From IMG/VR virus record IMGVR_UViG_3300030372_003986, positions 1 through 60,553 of that record: 60,553 nucleotides of DNA. One strand, given 5' to 3'. This document shows positions 38,201-46,655 of the stretch, piece by piece. Both the position numbers and the translations under genes were made by a program. Origin of the DNA: a virus (lineage: Duplodnaviria > Caudoviricetes). The notes under the pieces were generated by a model. The model saw only the letters and a list, made by a program, of their open reading frames with translations. It had not been told where the DNA came from and did no database searches. Within the stretch, counting starts at the first letter, position 1; each line of letters begins with the position of its first letter.

Positions 38201-40535
38201 ACGGTATTGTGTTATCAAAAGCAGGATTAGGAAGGCTCACAGGATAAGATACAAGAGAACAATTCCCTGCAGTATCTGTTTGAGAAAGTTCTCCTGATGA
38301 TACAAAAGAATTAGCCTGTACTTCTGTAGCAAAATTATTAGCTCTCATTTTAGCATATACTCCGGAAGGAATAGGAATATCATTCCCATCTGCGTCTTGA
38401 GGGGGAGGCTCCAAAAAGTCTTGTTCTTGTGCCGCCTTTTCCAATACCGCAGTTTCAACACAACTACTTACTGCACCTTCAGTATCTAATTTAACTCTCA
38501 ATAAATCTCCTTCTTCTACTTTTCTTGCATTTTCACCTTCAAGTAAAAAATAATCGGAACCCCCTGCAGGGTCACGAAAAAAGAATTGACTGTATACGTT
38601 AAAATAATCTTCTTTATCTTGTTTACACACAAACTTATATCGAGTTGCCCAAGATGGTGCAATTTGCGTTGTTGGTATGTTTACAATTATTCGGTTAGCA
38701 AAAACTGAATTTTCACAAGGAACTTCTATCGCATTGTTTGGACTTACTAAAGCAGTTGTGGCTCTATTGTTATCATCCATATAAACTATTCCTATTTCAT
38801 AACCTCTTTTACTATGTAAACTTTTTGGATTACCAATTTCTGAAAACGAGGCTTCACTACTTGTGATTTGATAATATTCAAATACTTCTTGCGTAATAGC
38901 TACACCGGTAGGGTCATCTACATATCTAACGGCATTAAGAACTATTCGCATATCATTAGAAGTAGGTAATACCACCACTTCTATTGGTTCGTTAGGTCCA
39001 TTTCTACCACTTTCATATTTAGTTAAACCATCTAAAGTGTTAAGAACCGAACAATTAAAATTATCTGTAAAGGTAGTTCCTAATGCACAATCCGCTACTG
39101 TTTGAATATTTAAAGCAGTACCTATTTTATCTAAAAAGTCCGCACTTGTTCCTAAATCAAAAACACTTGCAAAATCTTGAGGAAGAATATAAGAAAATTG
39201 TAAAGTGGTACTTGGAGTGGTATCTATAGGAAAAGGCAAGTCTCCTGTAAAATCTTGATGTTCAAAGGTAATCTGAAACTCAAATAAAGCTCCTGCAGTT
39301 AAATTTAACAACCCAACATCTTCTATAACAATTGCCGTATTAAGATAGGTTTGAGGTCCATCCCATTGATATTCATTACTCCCAAGAGTCGTGCTTAAAT
39401 CTGTTAACCCAATATCCTCTGCTTCCAATGCAACAGTAAACTCAAGTTTAGTAGGAAATCCTGCGGTTGTTATTAAATCATATTGCTCTAAATAATTACC
39501 ATAAATGATTCTATTGCCCATTAAGGTTTGAGCTTCAGCAAGACGAGGAACATTATCATACAATCTTAAAATTTCAGAGTCAGGTAAAACAGTAAATATT
39601 TTACTACTACTAAAACTGTAACTATAATCAGTATTATCTACAAGACCTAAATCACTTTTGTTAAGTTTTTCTATAATACGTATATTTCCATTTTGCATAT
39701 CCTTCCATAACAAATCTATACCTGTTACAAGAGGTCCTCCTGAGTTATATTCAATAATAGCTAAGTTGGTATTATTAACCATTCCTTCATTTAAACTTGT
39801 TGAATAAGAATAATTAAAAGGACTCGGAATAAATGAAGGTTCGGTAAATTGAGAGGTAGCAGAATAATCATTGTCTTGATATCTCCATCTATATGCAAAA
39901 CATACAAATCTATCTTCTAAAAATGTATCTTGTGCAGATGTTTGTGATGAAGCAAGAGAAGGAGAATCGGCAGGTGGTTTTTTAATTACAAGCAATTCTT
40001 CTGCCGTAATCCCATCAACTAAAGCTACCGGATTTGCATAGTTACGATTTATGTTTATAAATCTTGGAGCATTGTAATCATCAGTCCAAAATAATAAATC
40101 ATCTATAAGATTAACTCCGGTAATTAAATATGTAGAATTAAAATTTAAAATAGTGTCTATACCTAACCCATCATCAATACTAATAACGTGATAAGTAAGA
40201 ATATTACTTAATGTATTTAACGAAACTACTAAGTCAATTTTTCCTGTGGCACCTAAAGGAAAATTAGGGTCGTGAACAAACCAATAAAGGGTTTCAGTAG
40301 CACCGTCTTCATAAGCACCGATACATCGAGCATTGGCGGAAAGAGGTTGTCCATCATACTGCAAAGTAGTAAGTTGCACGTTACCTTTGGCATTCTCAAC
40401 TGAACCCACTTCGGTTTCTTCAGTTGAGCCTAAACGCACATTCATTGCGTCTACATATTCTCCATTTGGAAGCAGCCTTTCATCAAGGCTTTTATTCATC
40501 CTTCCTAAAACAAAATTTCTCTGTATATTAGCCAT
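35253..40535 (-). CDS. Large tail (stabilisation/nozzle-like) protein with Cys-rich C-terminal repeats
   Basis: GRMNKSLDERLLPNGEYVDAMN N-terminus; GISQNPES, FTDAKRG, GGYDPY. Confidence 0.75.
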   Translation of the reverse strand: MANIQRNFVLGRMNKSLDERLLPNGEYVDAMNVRLGSTEETEVGSVENAKGNVQLTTLQYDGQPLSANARCIGAYEDGATETLYWFVHDPNFPLGATGKIDLVVSLNTLSNILTYHVISIDDGLGIDTILNFNSTYLITGVNLIDDLLFWTDDYNAPRFININRNYANPVALVDGITAEELLVIKKPPADSPSLASSQTSAQDTFLEDRFVCFAYRWRYQDNDYSATSQFTEPSFIPSPFNYSYSTSLNEGMVNNTNLAIIEYNSGGPLVTGIDLLWKDMQNGNIRIIEKLNKSDLGLVDNTDYSYSFSSSKIFTVLPDSEILRLYDNVPRLAEAQTLMGNRIIYGNYLEQYDLITTAGFPTKLEFTVALEAEDIGLTDLSTTLGSNEYQWDGPQTYLNTAIVIEDVGLLNLTAGALFEFQITFEHQDFTGDLPFPIDTTPSTTLQFSYILPQDFASVFDLGTSADFLDKIGTALNIQTVADCALGTTFTDNFNCSVLNTLDGLTKYESGRNGPNEPIEVVVLPTSNDMRIVLNAVRYVDDPTGVAITQEVFEYYQITSSEASFSEIGNPKSLHSKRGYEIGIVYMDDNNRATTALVSPNNAIEVPCENSVFANRIIVNIPTTQIAPSWATRYKFVCKQDKEDYFNVYSQFFFRDPAGGSDYFLLEGENARKVEEGDLLRVKLDTEGAVSSCVETAVLEKAAQEQDFLEPPPQDADGNDIPIPSGVYAKMRANNFATEVQANSFVSSGELSQTDTAGNCSLVSYPVSLPNPAFDNTIPSGPGNFQYLPCDIPGGSRITIKIDNLRKGKSCSTSGVERRKYLVDTTLVASQDYPSFKDWWDGDNAASILSGAGVISEADCGASGPTANYLAAQLTASGTGFPAPIQSDFPCGLGLYVQFFRDDTQSGQDFFCVVGMKGYSGKKKKAVLKVTVEIIRSNTLLCFETKPQDALPDVWYESSKSYPIQANTGYHFGNIQDQSAVLPAIIKTEFFNCYAFANGVESFQIQDSLKGKVLRLGNRVFTTNNESYMAIRRSSDLTYSGVFNDETNVNKLNEFNLGLLNFKPLEERYGPIYLIDGRETDILTLQEDKISYVLQGKNLLSDSVGGGVISSVPEVLGTQIARIEEYGISQNPESYAKWGPNKFFTDAKRGAVIQLRGSSAQNEALNVISEAGMRSWFRDLFIESFNTQKLGGYDPYMNEFVLSSNNELLPEIPQCIECGITRTINVKESFPLSFCVDVGNLVGDVDIDYNIISITDNVQINATYNGVTSTTGYVNNNAGSPLVVNKNNVVVDEVEIEVEVDAGEVTLEITVNCPNAQEITIIQVCYSLDNDAGQFIHNEFRWTDGAFVSPLHSEQVELVSGATQPLISQYSAITGPQGAGFVPNDGADITIISNRILPIDDYVFDPTVDELRYLRSNTLYLNNSVDMTALMAASNIAAPIVGGPNEYSAQFSMPVTNEQYLYLIYDYRRATEAELCYSDVSAYAACCECVEENLLLQRCQVDGTEPIETFIAENTLDVGLGEFVTLDGVAYEDCVFEVIGTTEDAPTEVLGSSLPEIENCSQVCNVYQITNLTVEKQTITYTPCEDSEFPVELTIDGGGIVQICAVSIVEWDDTELEVTWAECECPDRWVMEDCSAAIGGASPITQVVEAGAFTVSVGDLFVLNSNLSCVYRAVYRTAQIVTDIINSVSTAEDCTDVCGTYEISNPTGGSDNVDYVDCAGVSQNTGDIPPFSSVSVCLKSIDKATFPAGFDVIKLDCGCTL

Positions 40536-40539
40536 ACTA

Positions 40540-41463
40540 TTACTTTAACCATTTATCCCGTCCTCTTAAATTCATTAAAAGTCTTCCCGGATGTATATTG
40601 CTGATTCTAATTTTAGCATTTCGTAATAGTGCACTTTTTCGTTTTCGTGCTCTTGCAATAACATATTCTTGTACTCCAAATTTGGAATTAAGAATAGAGT
40701 ATTCAATAAATGCATAAACATACTCTTCAAAAAGTTTGTTTACAGATATCTCGCTATTATCTCCATTCTCCATTCCGTCTGACACATACTCAAGAACACA
40801 TAATTCTCCTGCCATTCCCGAACTAAAGTTTATTACTCCTGCTTTTTTGTTTATACTAAAAGTTGGGTTAGCGTTTGCAGTTTCGGTGTTTAATCCAAAT
40901 CTGTCACCTATTTCCCAACCAAAATACCAATATCCATCATACTCCCATCCTTCATACCCATTAAAAATAGAGTTTTGATTAAGATAAATAGATTTTTTAC
41001 CACCGGTTATTCTTGCTAAATCAAGATTAGAGTGCTGAGGACTTAAAGCGTTTCCATCTTGGTCAAATAAAATTCTACACTCATTATCTTGTAAATACGC
41101 ATTTGACCAATTAGTTTGAATATTTTCTGTTAATGGATATAAAAGTCCATTTTTAAATACCGATATTCTTACCCAATTTACATAATCTGATGGTAATACA
41201 TATCTAAGTGAGTTACAAACTGCTAATTCTAAAATTTTAATTTCCTTAAATGCATCGTAGTTTAATTCCTGAATAGCACGTTTTGCGTGAAATAATATTT
41301 TATACCTTTCTTCATTGTTTACTAAACTATGATTTCCTGCATACATTAACATAAAGTTGTTAACTATGTCATAAAGGGATACATATTGATAAGACCCCCA
41401 ATTAGCATCTTCAGGTGCATTTCCGTTATTTTCGTAGTATTCGTATTGCGATATATAAGGCAT
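40540..41463 (-). CDS. Structural protein (tail adaptor/ring-like)
   Basis: Position; LPSDYVNWVRI motif. Confidence 0.6.
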   Translation of the reverse strand: MPYISQYEYYENNGNAPEDANWGSYQYVSLYDIVNNFMLMYAGNHSLVNNEERYKILFHAKRAIQELNYDAFKEIKILELAVCNSLRYVLPSDYVNWVRISVFKNGLLYPLTENIQTNWSNAYLQDNECRILFDQDGNALSPQHSNLDLARITGGKKSIYLNQNSIFNGYEGWEYDGYWYFGWEIGDRFGLNTETANANPTFSINKKAGVINFSSGMAGELCVLEYVSDGMENGDNSEISVNKLFEEYVYAFIEYSILNSKFGVQEYVIARARKRKSALLRNAKIRISNIHPGRLLMNLRGRDKWLK

Positions 41464-41471
41464 AATTTATT

Positions 41472-42413
41472 TTATTTTTCGTCTTGTTCTTCTTTTCCTT
41501 CTAATCCTTGTCCAAATTGTACTGCAGCTACTTCTCTAATTGACATACCTGCATATTGTAATATTTTTAATACCAAAGTGGGAACGTCAGACATTGTTAA
41601 TTCAAAATCTTGATAATCCGGTGGAGATTGGTCAAATGATGGTTCACCTCCAATTAAATTTACAAAAGTCCATTTAGGGTCTTTTGGATATCTAATGTAT
41701 TGACATTGTACTGCTCCAATGGTATTTATGCTGCCCGGAAATAAAGTTAATGTTGGTTCTTCTTGAGTGTATGCCGGAAACAAAGTAGATGGTGCGGTTA
41801 ACATAGAATTATTTAACATCGTAATTTTACTATGTGTTACTTTTTCAGCTTCGTTAACTATCGCATCGTCATAGACTACATAATCTTCAGGTGTTGCACT
41901 AAAAATATCTTCTGACACCCCTATTTGTGTGGCTGCTACTGATGTTACAAGTGCAGTTTGATTAGTGGTGACATTACCTACTATATCTCCTATTTGTACT
42001 CCTGCAGCTTGAAAATCATTGGTATTGTCTACTAAAAAATTAGGTAAAACCGCAGTATTAGTTCCACTTGTCAATAACCGAGTAAAAGCAAGTACCTTGT
42101 TTAATAAATAATAGTTGTCATTAGTAGTCGTTGGACTTGGAGTAAAAAACTTATTGTTTGCATCGTGTAATAAAAATTTAGTTTCAGAAAAAATATTTAT
42201 TACTTCCTCATACCCCTTTGCTATATCCGCATAACCCATTCCTGAGCTTCTTGCATTTTCTTTATTTATTTGATAATTATATTGATAAAAATAATCCTCG
42301 AAAATATCTAATTGTGCTTGTTTAGCAAATAGATTAAAATCTGCCGGTGAAATATATCCGTAGTTATTTTTGTTTAATATAGATAATACTGTATTTCTTA
42401 CTGAATTTATCAT
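41472..42413 (-). CDS. Structural protein (head-tail adaptor/ring-like)
   Basis: NKNNYGYISPADFN, YIRYPKDPKW; promoter TATCTTTG at 42441-42448. Confidence 0.6.
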   Translation of the reverse strand: MINSVRNTVLSILNKNNYGYISPADFNLFAKQAQLDIFEDYFYQYNYQINKENARSSGMGYADIAKGYEEVINIFSETKFLLHDANNKFFTPSPTTTNDNYYLLNKVLAFTRLLTSGTNTAVLPNFLVDNTNDFQAAGVQIGDIVGNVTTNQTALVTSVAATQIGVSEDIFSATPEDYVVYDDAIVNEAEKVTHSKITMLNNSMLTAPSTLFPAYTQEEPTLTLFPGSINTIGAVQCQYIRYPKDPKWTFVNLIGGEPSFDQSPPDYQDFELTMSDVPTLVLKILQYAGMSIREVAAVQFGQGLEGKEEQDEK

Positions 42414-42451
42414 TGCTAAGTTCTTTAACTTTTGTCTTTACAAAGATAATC

Positions 42452-42487
42452 AAAAAAAAAGAGAGGATTGGAAAATCAACCCTCTCT
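42452..42487 (-). terminator. Putative intrinsic terminator
   Basis: GAGAGG...CCTCTC plus U9 on - strand. Confidence 0.65.
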
Positions 42488-42529
42488 CAATAATCCAAAC
42501 AAAAAGTTGTTTTGTCAATAAAACAATTC

Positions 42530-42772
42530 TTACGATACTGTTGTTATTGCTTGAGTTAAATTTACGTCAATAGTTGAGTCAGTATATGATTGTGCCCAAA
42601 CCTGAACCAAAGCTGCTTCAATAGCAATTTTATCTCCATCTTCAAAACTTCCTGAACCTGCAAGAACTATTTGCTTATCGTCATAGTTAAGAGTAATGTT
42701 TCCTGCATTTAAGCCTACATATACTACACTTCCTCCAAAAACGTAGTTGCCCATTATTAAAAATTTATTCAT
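42530..42772 (-). CDS. Small putative virion protein (possible paralog of 42785..43060)
   Basis: MNKF start and similar pattern to its neighbour. Confidence 0.6.
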   Translation of the reverse strand: MNKFLIMGNYVFGGSVVYVGLNAGNITLNYDDKQIVLAGSGSFEDGDKIAIEAALVQVWAQSYTDSTIDVNLTQAITTVS

Positions 42773-42784
42773 AGTTTCTAAGTT

Positions 42785-43060
42785 TTAAAAGGTGAATGTA
42801 AATGCGTTAATATCTTGGCTCAGAGCAGGAATCTTATATAATACTTGCGTCCATTTTTCTTGTTGAGCACTTTTAATGACACCAAAAACGATGTCAGCAT
42901 CTGCTTGAACTAATGCCGAAGCTGATGCAATTTTACTTTGAGAACCGTTACTGTAATCCATTACAATATCATCTGAACTATCTACATAGCACGAAACAAT
43001 ATCTTTTACAGAGAAAAGTCCTGCACCACCTGTAGTGGTTATTTCTGCGTACTTGTTCAT
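42785..43060 (-). CDS. Small putative virion protein
   Basis: Promoter TATCTTTG at 43090-43097. Confidence 0.6.
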   Translation of the reverse strand: MNKYAEITTTGGAGLFSVKDIVSCYVDSSDDIVMDYSNGSQSKIASASALVQADADIVFGVIKSAQQEKWTQVLYKIPALSQDINAFTFTF

Positions 43061-43098
43061 AATAAAAAAATTTATGAGTTAATAAAACACAAAGATAC

Positions 43099-43130
43099 AA
43101 AAAAAAAAGAGAGGGATTTTACCTCTCTCT
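43099..43130 (-). terminator. Putative intrinsic terminator
   Basis: AGAGAGG...CCTCTCT plus U-tract on - strand. Confidence 0.65.
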
Positions 43131-43155
43131 TTCCTTAAATGCTTATATAAATAGG

Positions 43156-43893
43156 TTAAAGCTGAGACTCTAAAAATCCTAAAACTTCAACTCCCTCATC
43201 AGTCCTAAACCACTCCCCTAAATATTCAATAGGGTCTATTCCAAATGGGATAGTAGTCATTCGTTTTTTATTTCCGTCTAAATTAAAATACACATCTTTC
43301 TTTTTGTTTCTATATGCAATTAATTTATTATCAAAAAACAATTGTACTTTGGCTTGAGTTTTTAATCGAGGGTCTGAGATAGTACGTAAAAATGCATCCG
43401 GATTACGTTTAGCAAATACTAATATATCTCTTTTTAATTCCGCAGTTGTCATCTCAGAAGTATCACGAGCAAATAGAACTCTACCTAATGTTTCAAGTTG
43501 TTCAATACTCATTTTTTTAACTTCTATTAATGCATCTACCTCTTTGTTCATTACCTCTAATTGTTTTTGAGCATCTTTACCAAAATCTACTTCTACAAAC
43601 TTTTTACCATTTAAAGGATGGTAATGTAAAAATTCTTGTAATACCGGATTTGTACGTGGCACCCTTAACATACCATCTTCAAAAATAATAGGAGACACAA
43701 GAACATTGCCGTCTTGCTCATCTTCAAAAGGCGACCTTTGATTACTTGCATAACGTAAACTTCTATTTACACCTTTCTCTTCATCAAAGTAAAGTAAAGG
43801 TTTGTTACCACTATTTCTTGAAGGAATAATACAAGACAGAGGTGTCTTGTTTCTTGTGAGTTTATAAACTCGGTCTTTTAATTCTAATTTCAT
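43156..43893 (-). CDS. Capsid-region hypothetical protein
   Basis: 245 aa directly after the MCP. Confidence 0.7.
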   Translation of the reverse strand: MKLELKDRVYKLTRNKTPLSCIIPSRNSGNKPLLYFDEEKGVNRSLRYASNQRSPFEDEQDGNVLVSPIIFEDGMLRVPRTNPVLQEFLHYHPLNGKKFVEVDFGKDAQKQLEVMNKEVDALIEVKKMSIEQLETLGRVLFARDTSEMTTAELKRDILVFAKRNPDAFLRTISDPRLKTQAKVQLFFDNKLIAYRNKKKDVYFNLDGNKKRMTTIPFGIDPIEYLGEWFRTDEGVEVLGFLESQL

Positions 43894-43919
43894 TTTAATT
43901 AAATTTAATTTTAAACAAT

Positions 43920-43952
43920 AAAAAGAGGGAGTGTCTTTAAAGACACCCCCAC
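43920..43952 (-). terminator. MCP terminator built on a perfect palindrome copy (43931-43946)
   Basis: - strand GGGGGTGTCTTTAAAGACACTCCCTCTTTTT. Confidence 0.7.
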
Positions 43953-43963
43953 TTTCTTACATA

Positions 43964-45442
43964 TTAATCTTCAAACATTACGAAGTTGTTTGCACCCATT
44001 GTACATACACATCTTTCTGATAAGAAGTGAACCTCCATAGCATCTAAGCTACTTGTAGCTGCACCACCTGCAGAACCTGTTATCCAAGTTTTGTATCTAC
44101 GGTCTTCAGTTTCAGAAGCTCTATATCTTACGTGAAGATAAGGTCTCTTAGCATTCTTACCTAATACTTGGTCATACACAGACGTTGAACCTGCAGGAAC
44201 TAATATACCATTAATGTGACCTGAAGACGCACCTGTAGCGTTTCCACCTCTCATTGTTGGGTCATTTAAGTATTTCCAATCAGTCTTATAGAAATCGTAC
44301 CCTCTTCGGAATCCTGAGAATCCTAAGTTAAGTGCCATTTCTTCATCATTATCAAATAAACCGAATGAAGTACCACCTGCTCCGTAAGAGTTTTGTGCTG
44401 CTAACATATCGTCTATAGCAAATCCAAATGCTCTGTCAACAAATAATACGTTTTCTTCAATAGCTCCTTGAGCATCAAGTCTTCCGATTATTGTGTCAAA
44501 ATCTGCAAGAGCATTAGGAATACCACCTGTCCATAGATTACCTCTATCTCCTACTACGTGGAAGATTCCTTCAGAACCTTTGTTACCATAATCAGGATTA
44601 AGAGTGTTATTAACAACACCTGAACCTGCTTCAGCCGGAACTGCTTCAACCATTGCAGTCTCAAGATAGTCGTCAAAACGTAATCTTGTTTCGTGCTCTG
44701 ATTTCATATACCAAAGATATCCTGTAGCTCCATTTTCAGTAGTTACTTCAACCCAACCAATTTGAGCCATATCAGAACCTGAAACTGAATATTTATCTTT
44801 AATAATGATTGGTGAGTTCTCAAATATGTAGTCATCAGACTCAAGAGAACCATCCATTCCATTTGTTCCTTTTCTAAATTCAGAACCATAAATCCAAACA
44901 GTAACATCTGCGTTACCTGCACCTGTACCTGCAGTTACAAGACCACCTGCTTCATAGAAAGCAACTGTGAACTGAATTGGCGAAGCAGTTAAGTCAACAT
45001 CAGTAATGATACCTTTGTTTTCTCCTGAACCATCATTTTGACTCACCACAACAGTTTGACCTTCTCTTAAAGCTATACCGCCTTGTGCGTCAAAAGGATT
45101 TTGACCTGTAGTAGGTTGTCCTGCCGGAGCTGCATCATCATTAACTTGGAAAACCGCTTCGTCATCAGCAGCCGCAGCAGCAGTACCTACTTGCGTATAC
45201 TTAACGTGCAGCCTACCTTGCTCTGCCCATTTTATTAAATCTGAATTAGAAGGAAGCTCTGCTCCTACTAATCTTAAAAAAGAACCTATTGTTCTGTTAC
45301 CATATCTTTCAAATTCTTTATCATATGTATCAGGAAGATACTGATTCAAGAAATCAAAATTGGTAATATAGTTTGTTGCCAACGGCACCTGTTGTGCTGA
45401 TGGCTGAAGGTCAAAACCGGGACCTGTAAAATTACCTGCCAT
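43964..45442 (-). CDS. Major capsid protein
   Basis: Portal-scaffold-MCP order, size, terminator behind it. Confidence 0.8.
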   Translation of the reverse strand: MAGNFTGPGFDLQPSAQQVPLATNYITNFDFLNQYLPDTYDKEFERYGNRTIGSFLRLVGAELPSNSDLIKWAEQGRLHVKYTQVGTAAAAADDEAVFQVNDDAAPAGQPTTGQNPFDAQGGIALREGQTVVVSQNDGSGENKGIITDVDLTASPIQFTVAFYEAGGLVTAGTGAGNADVTVWIYGSEFRKGTNGMDGSLESDDYIFENSPIIIKDKYSVSGSDMAQIGWVEVTTENGATGYLWYMKSEHETRLRFDDYLETAMVEAVPAEAGSGVVNNTLNPDYGNKGSEGIFHVVGDRGNLWTGGIPNALADFDTIIGRLDAQGAIEENVLFVDRAFGFAIDDMLAAQNSYGAGGTSFGLFDNDEEMALNLGFSGFRRGYDFYKTDWKYLNDPTMRGGNATGASSGHINGILVPAGSTSVYDQVLGKNAKRPYLHVRYRASETEDRRYKTWITGSAGGAATSSLDAMEVHFLSERCVCTMGANNFVMFED

Positions 45443-45462
45443 TTTTTCTTAATTTTTAGTTA

Positions 45463-46602
45463 TTACTTTTTTCTACTTTTAATCTTTAAGCCTCTACCCT
45501 CTGAAGGGTTTACGGCTCTAATTTGCAATCCATCCTTACGAACTACTTCCGGTGCTCTACGTTGATGCATATCAACATTTTTCATTTTTTTTGTCACATC
45601 TTCAGTAGCATCTGATTTGCCTTGCTCATAAAAATACGCAGCAAATTTATCAGGATTCATTGCAATGGCTAATGCCCTATGGTATCCGTCAGCATCATTT
45701 ATTAAGCCTGTTTTTTCATCTACATACTTTCTTATAAAAGCTGCAGAATCCATTTGAGCTTCTTTTATTTTGCCGCCTTCACCCGGATTAAAAGTCAAAG
45801 TAGTATCTCCAATTTTGAAATCAAAACCTTTGAAGTCTTGAAATACTTTATTGGTTTTATCAATAAACCAATCTCTTCGCCTTTTTATTTCCTCTTGGTT
45901 CGTTTTAGCCTCAGCTAAATATTGCTTATAGCTATCAAGCTCTTTTTGGTCCGACTCAGAAATTCCACTTCCACTTGACTCAAGTGGTTGTTTATACATT
46001 TCTTTTTGTTCATTAAAAAACTTTTTAGCTTTAGCAATAGCTTTTTTCTTTGCCAACTTTATTTTCTTTATATCTTTTTCTTCGTCAAGCTCTTCATCAA
46101 ATGTGTAGTCATCCATTAAGACATCTACATCTTCTAAATCTGTAGCCTCACCGCTTGAAAGTAAATACTCGGACAAAAGTTGGTCTTCTTCCATAGAAGA
46201 GAAATCTCTGTTTAGTTTTACATAATCTTCAATTCCCCTTCCGGTTTTTTTCTTATACTCAAAATAACCCTTAACATCTTCAGGTAGCTCTTCATTGTTT
46301 TCTCTTTCTGAAAACATTTCATCTACCGATGTGAACTCTTTTGAGTATCTATTTTTAATAAATGAAAGAACGTCTTCCTCTTTTAACTCTGAGGATTGAG
46401 CTTCTTTAATTTCTTCTTGTGTGTCTTCTGTAGCAGCTTCTTCCGTTGAAGATTCTACTTTTTTATTTTCTCCTTCTAATTTAGATGTATCTATATTAGC
46501 AATAGTTGGTTCATTATTTTCTGCTTTCTCAAGCAGTTCTTTTTCTCTTTCTTGTACGGATTTTTGTTCAGCTCCGTCTACTGCTCTTACTTTAATTTCC
46601 AT
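45463..46602 (-). CDS. Putative scaffolding protein
   Basis: Acidic/coiled; between portal and MCP; promoter TAACTTTG at 46619-46626. Confidence 0.65.
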   Translation of the reverse strand: MEIKVRAVDGAEQKSVQEREKELLEKAENNEPTIANIDTSKLEGENKKVESSTEEAATEDTQEEIKEAQSSELKEEDVLSFIKNRYSKEFTSVDEMFSERENNEELPEDVKGYFEYKKKTGRGIEDYVKLNRDFSSMEEDQLLSEYLLSSGEATDLEDVDVLMDDYTFDEELDEEKDIKKIKLAKKKAIAKAKKFFNEQKEMYKQPLESSGSGISESDQKELDSYKQYLAEAKTNQEEIKRRRDWFIDKTNKVFQDFKGFDFKIGDTTLTFNPGEGGKIKEAQMDSAAFIRKYVDEKTGLINDADGYHRALAIAMNPDKFAAYFYEQGKSDATEDVTKKMKNVDMHQRRAPEVVRKDGLQIRAVNPSEGRGLKIKSRKK

Positions 46603-46655
46603 TAGATTTAATTTTTTACAAAGTTAATAAATATTTTTTGTTCAATTTATTCAGT

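Noticed and set aside
46421-46436. GTGTCTT half-sites (also 4321, 32856, 43842)
   Set aside because: They lack the AAGACAC arm; compatible with chance.
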